Shown one piece after another: positions 18,700 to 28,857 of a DNA stretch of 64,000 nt. The position numbers and the translations under genes are program-made. The notes below the pieces were generated by a model. The model was not told the origin of the DNA, searched no databases, and worked only from the letters and a program-made list of their open reading frames with translations. The first letter of the stretch is position 1. Each line of letters begins with the position of its first letter. The stretch is from assembly GCA_046046935.1 (NCBI GenBank), contig JBJOIU010000003.1, positions 1,020-65,019 of the forward strand, read 5' to 3'. The DNA comes from Bacteroidota bacterium (GTDB taxonomy: Bacteria; Bacteroidota; Bacteroidia; Chitinophagales; Chitinophagaceae).

Positions 18700-19494
18700 T
18701 TATAAAAAGATGGCAGGATCATCACAGATTCTGAATCCTTCATTAAATGTATTCATAAATTCAACATCTTGTGTAGCTAATGTAAAATTCTGTGCATCAA
18801 AATTTTCTTGAAGCCTTTCTTTTTTAGAAGATTTAGGTATAGTAGAAACGCCTAATTGTAAATTCCAGTTTAAAATTATTTGAGCTGGGGTTTTCTGGTA
18901 TTTTTCAGAAAGCTGCGTTAATCTAGGATCATTGAATTTTTGGCCTCTTGTAATAGGTGAATAAGATTGTAATTGAATATTATTTCGTTTGCAATACTGC
19001 AATACATCTTCTTGATATAGCCATGGTGTAAATTCAATCTGATTAACCGCTGGTGCAATATTGGCATAGCTTTCTAACTCTTTTAAGAAAGGCATTGTAT
19101 AATTAGCGACACCAATTGCTTTCGCTCGACCGCTTTCATAAATTTTTTCCAAGGCTTTCCAAGAATCTTTTCTTCCTTCTTTGATAGGCCAATGAATTAA
19201 ATACAAGTCTACATAGTCTTGTTGTAACTTTTCTAAACTAGTATCAAATGCGCGCAAAGCTTCATCATAACCATGGTCTGTATTATTTAACTTGGTTGTT
19301 AAAAAAATATCGGCTCTTGGAATAGTTGTTTGCTTGAGTGCATTGCCAATTTCTACTTCGTTTTCATACATACTAGCAGTATCAATTAGCCTATAGCCAA
19401 TCGCTAAAGCCATTGATACTGCTTGTTCTGCTTCTTGTTGGTACATATCATATACCCCTAGACCCAATAAGGGCATTGCATTACCATTTTTCAA
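18700..19494 (-). CDS. Aldo/keto reductase
   Basis: MPLLGLGVY, DTASMYENE and LIHWP motifs. TTG start overlaps the upstream gene by 14 bp. Confidence 0.85.
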   Translation of the reverse strand: MKNGNAMPLLGLGVYDMYQQEAEQAVSMALAIGYRLIDTASMYENEVEIGNALKQTTIPRADIFLTTKLNNTDHGYDEALRAFDTSLEKLQQDYVDLYLIHWPIKEGRKDSWKALEKIYESGRAKAIGVANYTMPFLKELESYANIAPAVNQIEFTPWLYQEDVLQYCKRNNIQLQSYSPITRGQKFNDPRLTQLSEKYQKTPAQIILNWNLQLGVSTIPKSSKKERLQENFDAQNFTLATQDVEFMNTFNEGFRICDDPAIFL

Positions 19495-20479
19495 GACCTA
19501 ATAATTTTTTTCCTAAATCTGATAATACAGCTGTATCATATTTAGTTTGTTCCCAATTTCTTGGATCACCAGGGAAAGCATAGCCTTCTGGTGCAATTCT
19601 GTCTTTCCAAGAATTTACTCTCCATTCTCTTAATGCTTGATTGTCTTCTTCTGCTGGCATCATAGAAATGTATTGCGCAATTCTTACTTTGTCTTCACTA
19701 TTATTTGCTCTAATGCCATGTGGCTCCAAGCTATTAAAGATTAATAAATCACCCGCTTCTAGTTTTACCTTAGTGGGTGTAAATCCTGTTGTGTCTGGCT
19801 TATAGCGATCACGATCTTCTGGCTGCGTTAATTTCCAAGTATCATAGGTTCTGAATAATTCAGGTATACATTGGAATCCACCCATGTTTTCGTCTGTTTG
19901 ATCTGCTAAGGCTAATACACCTTGTACATTGACTGGTTTAGTTTCTGGATCATAATCCCAATGTATAAAAGCTTTATACTCATGTCCTGGACGAATAGGG
20001 AAATTTAAATTTGCTCTATCAATGGTTACCCATAATTTTTCTGTACCCCATATGTCTACAAAAGCGTCATATACTCTTTGCATTTGTCTATTATTCCATT
20101 GGTGTTGGTTATTGTAACATTCCACCATGCCTGTACCTGCTAACTCTTTCATTTTCATTTCAGCTCTTGGTGCAGTATACCATGTCTCTTTATTATTAGG
20201 ATCCTTTTCTTCAAATTCCCATAAGAATTTTGCAGTTGCCAATGCTTGTTCTCTTGGCACAGCATTTTTAATAACGATATAACCATTGTGTATCCAAAAA
20301 TTCCAATCTTCCTCACTCAATACTCTTAATGGTTTTCCATTAGAGCGGTCGTTTAATTTTGTCGCACTGCTTTTTGCAGTAGAAGGATTTCCTGGAATGT
20401 CTTTGTGTGCGGCACTATTGGGAGTAGCCATTGTTGGAACCATTGTAGGTACCATCCCTTGTTGTTCTTTGTTTTCCAT
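19481..20479 (-). CDS. Phytanoyl-CoA dioxygenase (PhyH) family Fe(II)/2-oxoglutarate oxygenase
   Basis: PhyH-like layout with an HxD-type motif (IHWDYD) and a distal His (EPHGIRAN). The track start 20488 is TTG, and ATG at 20479 (MENKEQQ...) is more likely. Low-complexity N-terminal extension. Confidence 0.65.
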   Translation of the reverse strand: MENKEQQGMVPTMVPTMATPNSAAHKDIPGNPSTAKSSATKLNDRSNGKPLRVLSEEDWNFWIHNGYIVIKNAVPREQALATAKFLWEFEEKDPNNKETWYTAPRAEMKMKELAGTGMVECYNNQHQWNNRQMQRVYDAFVDIWGTEKLWVTIDRANLNFPIRPGHEYKAFIHWDYDPETKPVNVQGVLALADQTDENMGGFQCIPELFRTYDTWKLTQPEDRDRYKPDTTGFTPTKVKLEAGDLLIFNSLEPHGIRANNSEDKVRIAQYISMMPAEEDNQALREWRVNSWKDRIAPEGYAFPGDPRNWEQTKYDTAVLSDLGKKLLGLEKW

Positions 20480-20616
20480 AGCAAGCAATTATTGGTTTTT
20501 GATACTATAAATGTACAGACAAACCCGGCCTGTGAATTTTACTTAAAATAGCCAATATTTGCTCTATATTGACATATTATTCATAATTTGGATAAAAGTC
20601 AGCTATTTTAGTATCA

Positions 20617-21465
20617 ATGAAGCTTAGTTTAGAAAATATCAAACCAGATGAAGGAAGCTCCTTCAGAATTTTGTTGACACCCAAGTTAAATGAAATTTTC
20701 TATTGGCATTTTCATCCAGAAATAGAGTTGGTTTATGTTGAAGCCGAAAAAGGAGTAAGACATATTGGAGATCATATAAGCACCTATGAAGAAAGTGATT
20801 TAGCATTGATTGGATCTTATATACCACATTTAAATTTTGATTACGGTGTAAAATCTGTAGTAGAAACAGTAGTGGTTCAGTTTAGACAAAATTTTTATCA
20901 AGATCCATTTTATAGTCAACCAGAAATGCAACCCATTTTTGATCTATTTGAAAAAGCAAAAACAGGTATTGCATTTTTTGGGTCTACGAAAAAAGAAGCT
21001 GGCGAAATGCTGAAAGTATTAACCACTTTAAAACCCTTCGAACAATTATTGCATTTGATTAAAGTATTTCATTTATTAGCAAAAAGCAAGGAGTACACTT
21101 TATTAAATACAAGACCCATTGCGAATCATGCAGTTTTGAAAGAGCAAGAGCGCATGCATTTAATTTATCAATATGTAGAAAATAATTTTCAGCAACCCAT
21201 AGTGTTAGATGCTATTGCAAAGCATGTGAATTTATCTGTAGCTGCATTTTGTAGATATTTTAAAAAGAGTACCAAGCTCACTTATACTGAATTCGTGAAT
21301 CAGTATAGAATTAATCATGCCAAGAAATTATTAATGCAGGATGCTAATATAACAGAAGCTTGTTATGATGTTGGCTTTGAAAGCCTTTCTTATTTCAATA
21401 AAATATTCAAAAAAATTACGGGAGAAAATCCCTCAGCTTTTAGAAAAAGAAAAGGATTAGACTAA
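20617..21465 (+). CDS. AraC family transcriptional regulator (cupin N-terminus)
   Basis: C-terminal double HTH (AAFCRYFKK..., GFESLSYFNKIFKKITG) and a cupin-like N-terminal sensor. Confidence 0.85.
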   Translation: MKLSLENIKPDEGSSFRILLTPKLNEIFYWHFHPEIELVYVEAEKGVRHIGDHISTYEESDLALIGSYIPHLNFDYGVKSVVETVVVQFRQNFYQDPFYSQPEMQPIFDLFEKAKTGIAFFGSTKKEAGEMLKVLTTLKPFEQLLHLIKVFHLLAKSKEYTLLNTRPIANHAVLKEQERMHLIYQYVENNFQQPIVLDAIAKHVNLSVAAFCRYFKKSTKLTYTEFVNQYRINHAKKLLMQDANITEACYDVGFESLSYFNKIFKKITGENPSAFRKRKGLD

Positions 21466-22139
21466 GAGATAATTTTACCGTCTTCCATTTTAATAATCCT
21501 GTCTGTTCTATCGGCAAAACTTGGATCGTGTGTAACAATCAATAAGGTTTGGTTGTACTCGTGGGCTAATTGCTTAAATATATCAAATACGAGATCGCTA
21601 TTTTTTTTATCTAAGTTGCCTGTAGGTTCATCACCCATGATAATATGTGGGTCATTAATAAGTGCTCTAGCAATGGCTACTCTTTGCTTTTCTCCACCAG
21701 ATAGTTGGTTCGCTTTTTTCAATGCCAAATTTTCAATACCCAATACTTTTAATTTTTCATAAGCCCTATATTCTACCTCGGCCTTGCTATATTTATTTTG
21801 TTTTAATCCAGGCAGCATTACATTATTTAAAACATCAAATTCATTCAGTAAATAATGGAATTGAAATACGAATCCTATTTTTTCATTTCTAACCTTAGCC
21901 AAATAACCTTCATCGTTTTTAGGCATTTCAACCTGGTCAATGTATAGGCTACCTTCATAATCTGTGTCCATTGTAGATAAAACATATAACAGTGTAGATT
22001 TTCCACAACCAGACTTTCCCGTTAAGGAAACAAATTCACCTTTATTTATACTAAAACTTACTTCATTGAGCACTTTGACTTTGACAGGATCTTCAAAGTA
22101 TTTGACAATATTTTTTGCTTCTAATATTTTCTGACTCAT
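21462..22139 (-). CDS. ABC transporter ATP-binding protein (MacB/LolD type)
   Basis: Walker A GKSGCGKST, signature LSGGEKQR and Walker B IIMGDEPT. Confidence 0.9.
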   Translation of the reverse strand: MSQKILEAKNIVKYFEDPVKVKVLNEVSFSINKGEFVSLTGKSGCGKSTLLYVLSTMDTDYEGSLYIDQVEMPKNDEGYLAKVRNEKIGFVFQFHYLLNEFDVLNNVMLPGLKQNKYSKAEVEYRAYEKLKVLGIENLALKKANQLSGGEKQRVAIARALINDPHIIMGDEPTGNLDKKNSDLVFDIFKQLAHEYNQTLLIVTHDPSFADRTDRIIKMEDGKIIS

Positions 22140-22141
22140 GA

Positions 22142-23401
22142 TTATTTTCCTCTTATAATGACAACAGGGTCAATTTTACTTGCTTTACGTGCAGGAAACC
22201 AGCCAGCAAAATAAGTGGTGATTAATGAGAAGCTTATACCAATAACATAAAAAACGATACTATAATTAATGGGATAGGTTTTTACAGTTGGGAGCGCTGC
22301 TGTTACAAATGGAATTTGATCAATAATGCTGGATAAAATATATCCAAATAGTAAACCAGCCAATCCTCCAAAAAATCCAATACTCAAGGCGATGTACATG
22401 AAGATATTTTTAACATCTTTTCCTGAAAACCCTGTTGCTTTTAAAATGGCAATCGAATCCATTTTTTCAAAAATCATCATATTGAGGATATTATAAATGC
22501 CAAAACCTGCCACAATTAATAACGTGATTCCAACTGCATAAGAAATAATGCTTCTAACAGTGCTTCCTGTTTCAAATTGTGCATTGGCTGTTTGAATATC
22601 TTCCGCATCTGTTTGATATAATTTTGCATATTCTTTACCAGTAGGTATAGAAAGGTTGATATCGTTTAATTTTATATCTATTTCGGTAATAAAACTATTC
22701 GGTTTATTCATGATTTTTTGAACCGTATGAATAGAGGCATAGCTTTGAACGTCATCTAAATCTTTCAAACCAGATTGAAAATAGCCAACAACTTTTAATT
22801 GAAAACGATCTCCTTTGGCAGTGGATAATTGAATCACATCACCCAGGTTGACCAATAATTTACTTGCTAAGCCTTTTCCTAGAATAATGGTATTTGTTTC
22901 TCTGTCTAAATCCAATGCATTTCCCGCAACCACATAATCATTAAAATGAAAAAGTTTTTTTTCTTCGGTTGCATTAACGCCGTTTAAAACTCCAGTTATA
23001 TCTGTGGTTCCATTGATAAAAAAAACCTGAGCAGTTAATTTTTGAGTATATCCAACAACTCTTGGGTCTTTACTTAGTGAATTCATTATTGCCAAACTAT
23101 TGTAGATAGCTTGTTTATTAGCGTCTGACTTGATAGATTGAATAAAATGGTGCTTCCCTTTATACTCAGTAGCATTTTTTATGGGCTGACTTGGATTTGG
23201 CTTAATATCATTGTATAGCTTAATATGCGGAGTTCTATTTAGTATAAGTCCATCTAATAAATCATTCAAGCCATTCATAAAACCCAATAAGGTAATAAAC
23301 ATAGTAATACTAAATGTAACACCAATAGCAGCCACTAATGTTTGTCTCCACCTTGCTAGTAGTAGTGCTTTGGCAATATTGATTAAGATGCTTTTTTTCA
23401 T
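22142..23401 (-). CDS. ABC transporter permease, FtsX/MacB-like
   Basis: N-terminal TM, large periplasmic domain and C-terminal FtsX-type TM bundle. Start overlaps the upstream gene by 1 bp. Confidence 0.85.
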   Translation of the reverse strand: MKKSILINIAKALLLARWRQTLVAAIGVTFSITMFITLLGFMNGLNDLLDGLILNRTPHIKLYNDIKPNPSQPIKNATEYKGKHHFIQSIKSDANKQAIYNSLAIMNSLSKDPRVVGYTQKLTAQVFFINGTTDITGVLNGVNATEEKKLFHFNDYVVAGNALDLDRETNTIILGKGLASKLLVNLGDVIQLSTAKGDRFQLKVVGYFQSGLKDLDDVQSYASIHTVQKIMNKPNSFITEIDIKLNDINLSIPTGKEYAKLYQTDAEDIQTANAQFETGSTVRSIISYAVGITLLIVAGFGIYNILNMMIFEKMDSIAILKATGFSGKDVKNIFMYIALSIGFFGGLAGLLFGYILSSIIDQIPFVTAALPTVKTYPINYSIVFYVIGISFSLITTYFAGWFPARKASKIDPVVIIRGK

Positions 23402-24480
23402 TATTCAGGCTTCGCTAATTCATCTTTTTCAGAAATCCCACTTAAGACCTCTACCTTATCATAGTCTTTTAAGCCAACAGCTATTTTTCTTCTTTCTTTA
23501 TTAGCCAATAAAACATAAGTATCATCAATTAAATAAGACCTTGGTATAGTCAACACACTATTTTTAATTTGAATGACAATATTTGCTTCGGCACTTAAAT
23601 TAGGATAGATATTATCAGGTTTTTTTACAAAAACTGCATCTGCTTTAAAAGTCCTTGTTCTCTCATTCATAATAGGATATAACTTTTCTAATACAGCTTC
23701 GTATGTTTCTCCTTTATGACTATCCATGCTTACTAATACTTTCTGCCCCTTTACAATACTATTAATGTCAAATTCATCAATTTGGAGCTCTATATAAAAA
23801 TTATTAGCATCCCCTACAATCGCAATAGCTGATTGCGTATTAGCTAATTCGCCTAATTGTTTGTTAATTGAATATACTTTTCCATCAACTTGACTTTTAA
23901 TAATATAGTCATTCATATTTGCTGCACTTATTGCAGCTGTTCTATTGGTTTGACTATTTTGAAAATTGATCTGCTTTTCTAAATCGTTTAATTTTAATTT
24001 TGAAGCCTTATATATAGTGCTTGCGTTTTTATAGTTTAATAATCTTTGATCTAATTCGTTTTTTGTGCCAATTCCTTGTTCCCAAAGTTTTTCTTGTCTT
24101 GCTAGCAATGAGGCATCGTTTTCCATTTTAGACTTAGCTAATTCTAATTCTGTCTTGGCTTGTTCTATTTTTTCTCCATTAGTTTGGGAACTGTTGAATT
24201 GAGCATTCTGTTTCGCATTTTCATAAGTCAAACTTTGAGCAGTATTGGATAACCTAATAATAGCCTGTCCTTTTCTAATAAGATCGCCCTCTTTGATTAA
24301 AATGGCTTCAATAATTCCTGGCACTTTCGCGTACACCTCATATTGTCCCTTACTTTTAATAGTGCCAGATGCATAAACTGACTGAGTAATTCCTTCTCTT
24401 TTAGGGTATTGTTTCTCCAACTTTTCTCCACAACCCATTAGGATACAGATCAAAAAGCTGCCTGTCAAAAACTTATACAT
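23401..24480 (-). CDS. Efflux periplasmic adaptor (HlyD/MFP family) lipoprotein
   Basis: Lipobox (LMGC), lipoyl-like and coiled-coil hairpin regions. First gene of the three-gene efflux operon. Confidence 0.8.
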   Translation of the reverse strand: MYKFLTGSFLICILMGCGEKLEKQYPKREGITQSVYASGTIKSKGQYEVYAKVPGIIEAILIKEGDLIRKGQAIIRLSNTAQSLTYENAKQNAQFNSSQTNGEKIEQAKTELELAKSKMENDASLLARQEKLWEQGIGTKNELDQRLLNYKNASTIYKASKLKLNDLEKQINFQNSQTNRTAAISAANMNDYIIKSQVDGKVYSINKQLGELANTQSAIAIVGDANNFYIELQIDEFDINSIVKGQKVLVSMDSHKGETYEAVLEKLYPIMNERTRTFKADAVFVKKPDNIYPNLSAEANIVIQIKNSVLTIPRSYLIDDTYVLLANKERRKIAVGLKDYDKVEVLSGISEKDELAKPE

Positions 24481-24552
24481 AAAACTATATTTGAAAATGA
24501 TAAATAAAGCTACACATATTTTGTAATTTTCTTGTGCCTAAATGAATGATAT

Positions 24553-26697
24553 ATGAAAGTAGTAAAGCTGATTTTAATCAAGTTTATTTTGATAATGCCT
24601 ATTTTTTTGTTCGCACAAGAGGATTGGTTGATAAAGCCAATAAGTAAAAGAGCGGAAATCAAAAAAACCAATCAATATATTATATTGGATAATGGATTAA
24701 GCAGAAGAACCTTTTTTATTGGCCCAAATCTAGCATGTATAGACTATACAAATCTTACTACTAACCAACAGTTATTAAGAAGTATAGAGCCAGAGGCTAG
24801 AATAACTATTGATGGACTAGTGTATAATATTGGTGGCTTGATCGGAATGACAGAAAAAGCTTATTTAATCAAAGGAGCTGAACAGAAATTAATTTCAGAT
24901 CCATCGGCATTTCAATTTAAAAATTACCATATTGACAGTATTGCTAATTTTATTCAATGGAAATCCACTACATGGCTTTCCAATAAAGAACAACCAAAGG
25001 GAAAGTCTATTCGATTCGATTTTGTCTCCTCAAAGCCTTCTTTAAAAAATATTATTGTTTCTGTTTATTATAATTTATATGATGGCATTCCTTTAATTAC
25101 TAAATGGATTGAGATAAATAACAATAGCGCAACAACTATAAAAATTAATAGAGTAGTAAACGAAGTATTAGGTTTGGTAGAAGAAGAAAGTGCAGTGGTG
25201 GGTAAGCCCGAGGTAATGAAAAAACAACATGGAATTTATGTAGAAACAAATTATGCATTCAATAATGCAATGCGTTATGATATAAGTGACCAAACTACTC
25301 ATTGGAAAACAGACAGCTCTTATACTTCACAAGTGAACTATAATTTTGAAACACCTTGTTTATTAGAAATATATCCCGAAAAGGCACCTGGCATTGATTT
25401 ACAGACTAATGATCATTTCAAATCTGTTAGAACAAACGAACTCTTGATGGATAGTTATGATAGACAAAGACGTGGTTTAATGTTGCGTAAAATGTATAGA
25501 ACCATCGCGCCATGGACAACACAGAATCCTATTTTTATGCACTTGGTTAGCAAGAACGATGAAGAAGTAAAAGCGGCTATAGATCAATGTGTGCAAACAG
25601 GATACGAAGCGGTTATTTTAAGTTTTGGAAGTCATTTAAATATGGAAGATAGTAGTCAAAAAAATATTGATAAATGGAAGAAACTAGCACAGTATGCACA
25701 TCAAAAAAATATTTTATTAGGAGGTTATTCTTTATTTAGTAGCAGAAGAATTAGTGATGAAGATGATGTTATTGATATAAGAACAGGCAAACCTGGTGGT
25801 GCATTTTTTGGAAACGCTCCATGTTTTGGTAGCAAATGGGGATTGGCCTATAGAGATAAAATAAAATATTTTTTTAAAGAGACAGGTTTTGATATTTGGG
25901 AGAATGACGGACCTTATCCAGGTGATGTATGTGCAAGTAAAGTGCATCCAGGCCATAAAGATTATGATGATTCTCAATGGAGACAGATGGATATTCAAAA
26001 AGAACTATATAGATGGCTAAATGAAAAAGGCGTATATATTAATGCACCAGATTGGTATTTTTTAGATGGCACACATAAGATTGCAGTTGGTTATAGAGAA
26101 GTAAATTTCTCTTTGTCTAGATCCCAACAAAAAATAATCAATCGGCAGAATATTCACGATGGCACTATCGAAAAAACACCTTCCATGGGATGGGGTTTTG
26201 TCCCATTGACTAAATATCAAGGCGGTGGGGAAGATGCCGTTTTGGAGCCATTGGAGCAACATTTAGATGATTATGAGCAATTAATGATGCAATATTATGG
26301 TGCTGGGGTACAAGCATGTTATAGAGGTCCAAGATTATATGATACTGATAAGACAAAGGCTAAAGTGCAATCTGTGATTAGTTGGTATAAAAAATACAGA
26401 TCCATTTTGAATGCCGATATCATTCAATTAAGAAGAGCCGATGGACGTGATTGGGATGGCTGGTTACACGTTGACCCAGCACTTCCTCAAAAAGGGTTGA
26501 TGATGTTATTTAATCCAACTAATGAGACAATTACAAGAACAATTCAATTGCCATTGTATTATACTGGTTTAGACAAAACTGCAAAAATTGGAATTAAAGG
26601 CAATGCGCTTAAGTTCTATAGTTTGAATAGAGCTTATGAAACTTCCTTTAGTTTTACTTTAGCACCAGGCGCTTATGAATGGTTTACAGTTGAATAA
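24553..26697 (+). CDS. Secreted hypothetical protein (possible glycoside-hydrolase-like TIM barrel)
   Basis: Signal peptide and a long intact ORF. The central region (WENDGPYPGD...) loosely resembles GH catalytic barrels, but I could not assign a family. Confidence 0.35.
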   Translation: MKVVKLILIKFILIMPIFLFAQEDWLIKPISKRAEIKKTNQYIILDNGLSRRTFFIGPNLACIDYTNLTTNQQLLRSIEPEARITIDGLVYNIGGLIGMTEKAYLIKGAEQKLISDPSAFQFKNYHIDSIANFIQWKSTTWLSNKEQPKGKSIRFDFVSSKPSLKNIIVSVYYNLYDGIPLITKWIEINNNSATTIKINRVVNEVLGLVEEESAVVGKPEVMKKQHGIYVETNYAFNNAMRYDISDQTTHWKTDSSYTSQVNYNFETPCLLEIYPEKAPGIDLQTNDHFKSVRTNELLMDSYDRQRRGLMLRKMYRTIAPWTTQNPIFMHLVSKNDEEVKAAIDQCVQTGYEAVILSFGSHLNMEDSSQKNIDKWKKLAQYAHQKNILLGGYSLFSSRRISDEDDVIDIRTGKPGGAFFGNAPCFGSKWGLAYRDKIKYFFKETGFDIWENDGPYPGDVCASKVHPGHKDYDDSQWRQMDIQKELYRWLNEKGVYINAPDWYFLDGTHKIAVGYREVNFSLSRSQQKIINRQNIHDGTIEKTPSMGWGFVPLTKYQGGGEDAVLEPLEQHLDDYEQLMMQYYGAGVQACYRGPRLYDTDKTKAKVQSVISWYKKYRSILNADIIQLRRADGRDWDGWLHVDPALPQKGLMMLFNPTNETITRTIQLPLYYTGLDKTAKIGIKGNALKFYSLNRAYETSFSFTLAPGAYEWFTVE

Positions 26698-26698
26698 T

Positions 26699-28855
26699 TT
26701 AATTCAGAAATATTTCATCAATGAATATCCAAGCTGGTGTACCTTTTCCAGGATGCCAATTAGGTAATTTCTTTAAATTGGTTGCAGTAAACTTATAGTA
26801 TTTATAAGCCGTTGGTTTGGCGATGGCACAACTAAATCCTTGAGTTTCATTTAAGGTTTTAGGAGTTGCATTCGTAACTGCAGGATAATTATTTTTGGAT
26901 ATTATTGTATAATTTTTTCCATCCATACTTCCCATAACATCTATAGAAACAATTGGAAATATATAAGAACCCAAATTTACTAAGGCATTAAAATATATTT
27001 CTTTAATTGCGGTGGCCTTGTTGAAACCAATTATTAATTCCATATTAGCATCCTTATATCCTAGCCATTTTGCATTACCAAAATTCTTATCTCCTAATTC
27101 ATAATCAAATAAGGTCTTTGCCCCATTCGCTCTGTATTTTGCATCTGGTAATTGAACTAATAAAACGGAATCAGGATGAATGGTTGACTTGTAAAAATTT
27201 CTTTGCACAATATCACTGCTTATCCAGCCTGGTTTAAAAGCCTTAGTCTTTACCACGGTATTATTAAATAAGCGAATTGGCTTTTTATAGACTGGACTCG
27301 TAAGACTATCTGGATCTGTTCCATCTAATGTGTATCTTACGATGGTTCCTTTAACCACATGTTTAATTGGTATATCTAAATGAGCAGGAATGATAGAAGA
27401 GTCTTGTTCTATACTAGGGTTGATAATTTTAATAATTTCGTTTTCTAAATTATCTCCAATAGTAACAAGCAGTCCTTGCTTATTATTTTGAATTTGCTTT
27501 ATCTGATCTTTTTTGATGGTATTGTTCCAAATCTTTAATTCTTGTATAGTTGTTCCTTTAACTAAATTATTGATGGCACTCAGATTGCCCTCAATCCCTG
27601 CAATAGACAATACCTTAAGCTTTGGTAATTTTTTTATTAATTTTAAAGCATCAATTGTAAGTCCGGTATAATTTAAGTTCAATTTTTCTATTGCTTTAAA
27701 TTCAGCAATTACAGCCAAATCATCTTCTTTCAATGGCATGCCTTGCATATTTAAATACACAACTTGATCTTTAATTTTTTCGATATTTTTTAATTGCGCA
27801 CTGCTGTAGAAGCTTCCCTGATAAAAATTGACTTCAATTTGAGTAGAGCCAGGATATAAATAATGAACATTACAATAATTGGTATTGTATTCGCTTAGAT
27901 CGGGTCCAGTTGTTTGTTTACTTTTTTCTTTTACTGGTTGGTAGCTACTAGCTAAAATGTATAAACTATCAGCCTTGTTTAATTCCAGCATTTTTTTATT
28001 GAAATCTCCTCCTGCGCTTATCCAGTCATTTATTATTTTTAATTCTGCAGGCGATAACTGTGGTTTGCCATCTGGAGGCATATGTTTTTCTTCTGCTAAA
28101 GGCAGGTGAATTCTTTCTATGATACTTGCTTCACCTGATAATGCAAGAACAGATCCATGTTTTCCTCCTTTTGTTATATGGTCTTTGGTGTCTAATTGTA
28201 AATTGCCTTTTATCTTTTTTGGCCCATGACAGCTAACGCATTTATCTAATAAAATTGGCTCCACTGCTTTTTCATAAATACTCGCTGTGCTATCAAGTGT
28301 TTTCTTCTGAACAGTATCTTCTGTGATTATTTTATTCTCTGGAATACTCAATGCATCTATGCCATGTGTTAATTGCGCCCCCTTATGGGTAAATACAATG
28401 ATCAAGAGCAACATAAAAACACCCACTTCAACTCTTAATATTCTATTAGATTGAAATTTTGTATAATAATTATTAATGAAAACTAATGCCCAACTACATA
28501 GTGCTATGGCAATGCCACCCCATTGGTGTTGGGTAATTATATCACCTTCATAAGTATTGGAAGTAGAAAGTAAAAGACCAGTAATCGCTACTAATACCGA
28601 CAATAGCGCATTGATTAATAAAACTGGCTGCTCTATTGTACTTGCAATTTTGCCAGCTGGCACAAACACTAAATACAATCCAATAAGTATACCAAAGACT
28701 AATGGAAAATGCAATAGTAGCGGATGAAATTTACCCAACCATACCATGCCTATGCTGGTATCAATGGCATCTTTAAAAATTGCAATAAAAACTAGAAAAG
28801 GATTTAATATCCATAGTGCACTACCTATATAAGCAAATACCTTATTTGGTTTCAT
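26699..28855 (-). CDS. Polytopic membrane protein with periplasmic cytochrome-c (PSCyt1-like), LRR, chitobiase/Hex C-terminal-like and discoidin-like domains
   Basis: About 5 N-terminal TM helices, heme motif CVSCHGPKK with downstream HMPPDG, LRR-like LNLNYTGL/LKVLSIAG repeats, and VRYTLDGTDP, a motif typical of the chitobiase C-terminal domain. Confidence 0.6.
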   Translation of the reverse strand: MKPNKVFAYIGSALWILNPFLVFIAIFKDAIDTSIGMVWLGKFHPLLLHFPLVFGILIGLYLVFVPAGKIASTIEQPVLLINALLSVLVAITGLLLSTSNTYEGDIITQHQWGGIAIALCSWALVFINNYYTKFQSNRILRVEVGVFMLLLIIVFTHKGAQLTHGIDALSIPENKIITEDTVQKKTLDSTASIYEKAVEPILLDKCVSCHGPKKIKGNLQLDTKDHITKGGKHGSVLALSGEASIIERIHLPLAEEKHMPPDGKPQLSPAELKIINDWISAGGDFNKKMLELNKADSLYILASSYQPVKEKSKQTTGPDLSEYNTNYCNVHYLYPGSTQIEVNFYQGSFYSSAQLKNIEKIKDQVVYLNMQGMPLKEDDLAVIAEFKAIEKLNLNYTGLTIDALKLIKKLPKLKVLSIAGIEGNLSAINNLVKGTTIQELKIWNNTIKKDQIKQIQNNKQGLLVTIGDNLENEIIKIINPSIEQDSSIIPAHLDIPIKHVVKGTIVRYTLDGTDPDSLTSPVYKKPIRLFNNTVVKTKAFKPGWISSDIVQRNFYKSTIHPDSVLLVQLPDAKYRANGAKTLFDYELGDKNFGNAKWLGYKDANMELIIGFNKATAIKEIYFNALVNLGSYIFPIVSIDVMGSMDGKNYTIISKNNYPAVTNATPKTLNETQGFSCAIAKPTAYKYYKFTATNLKKLPNWHPGKGTPAWIFIDEIFLN

Positions 28856-28857
28856 TC

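Noticed and set aside
20441-20479. Tandem 12-bp repeat encoding MVPT-MVPT-MATP at the 5' end of the PhyH-family gene, as a possible phase-variable tract
   Set aside because: There are only about 2.5 imperfect copies. They are in frame, so copy-number change would not switch the gene off. It is noted under the operon finding rather than called a contingency locus.
24553-26697. Assigning the 714-aa secreted protein to a specific glycoside hydrolase family (for example GH36-like alpha-galactosidase)
   Set aside because: I recognised no diagnostic catalytic motif and the similarity impression is vague. It is left as a hypothetical protein with low-confidence GH-like character.
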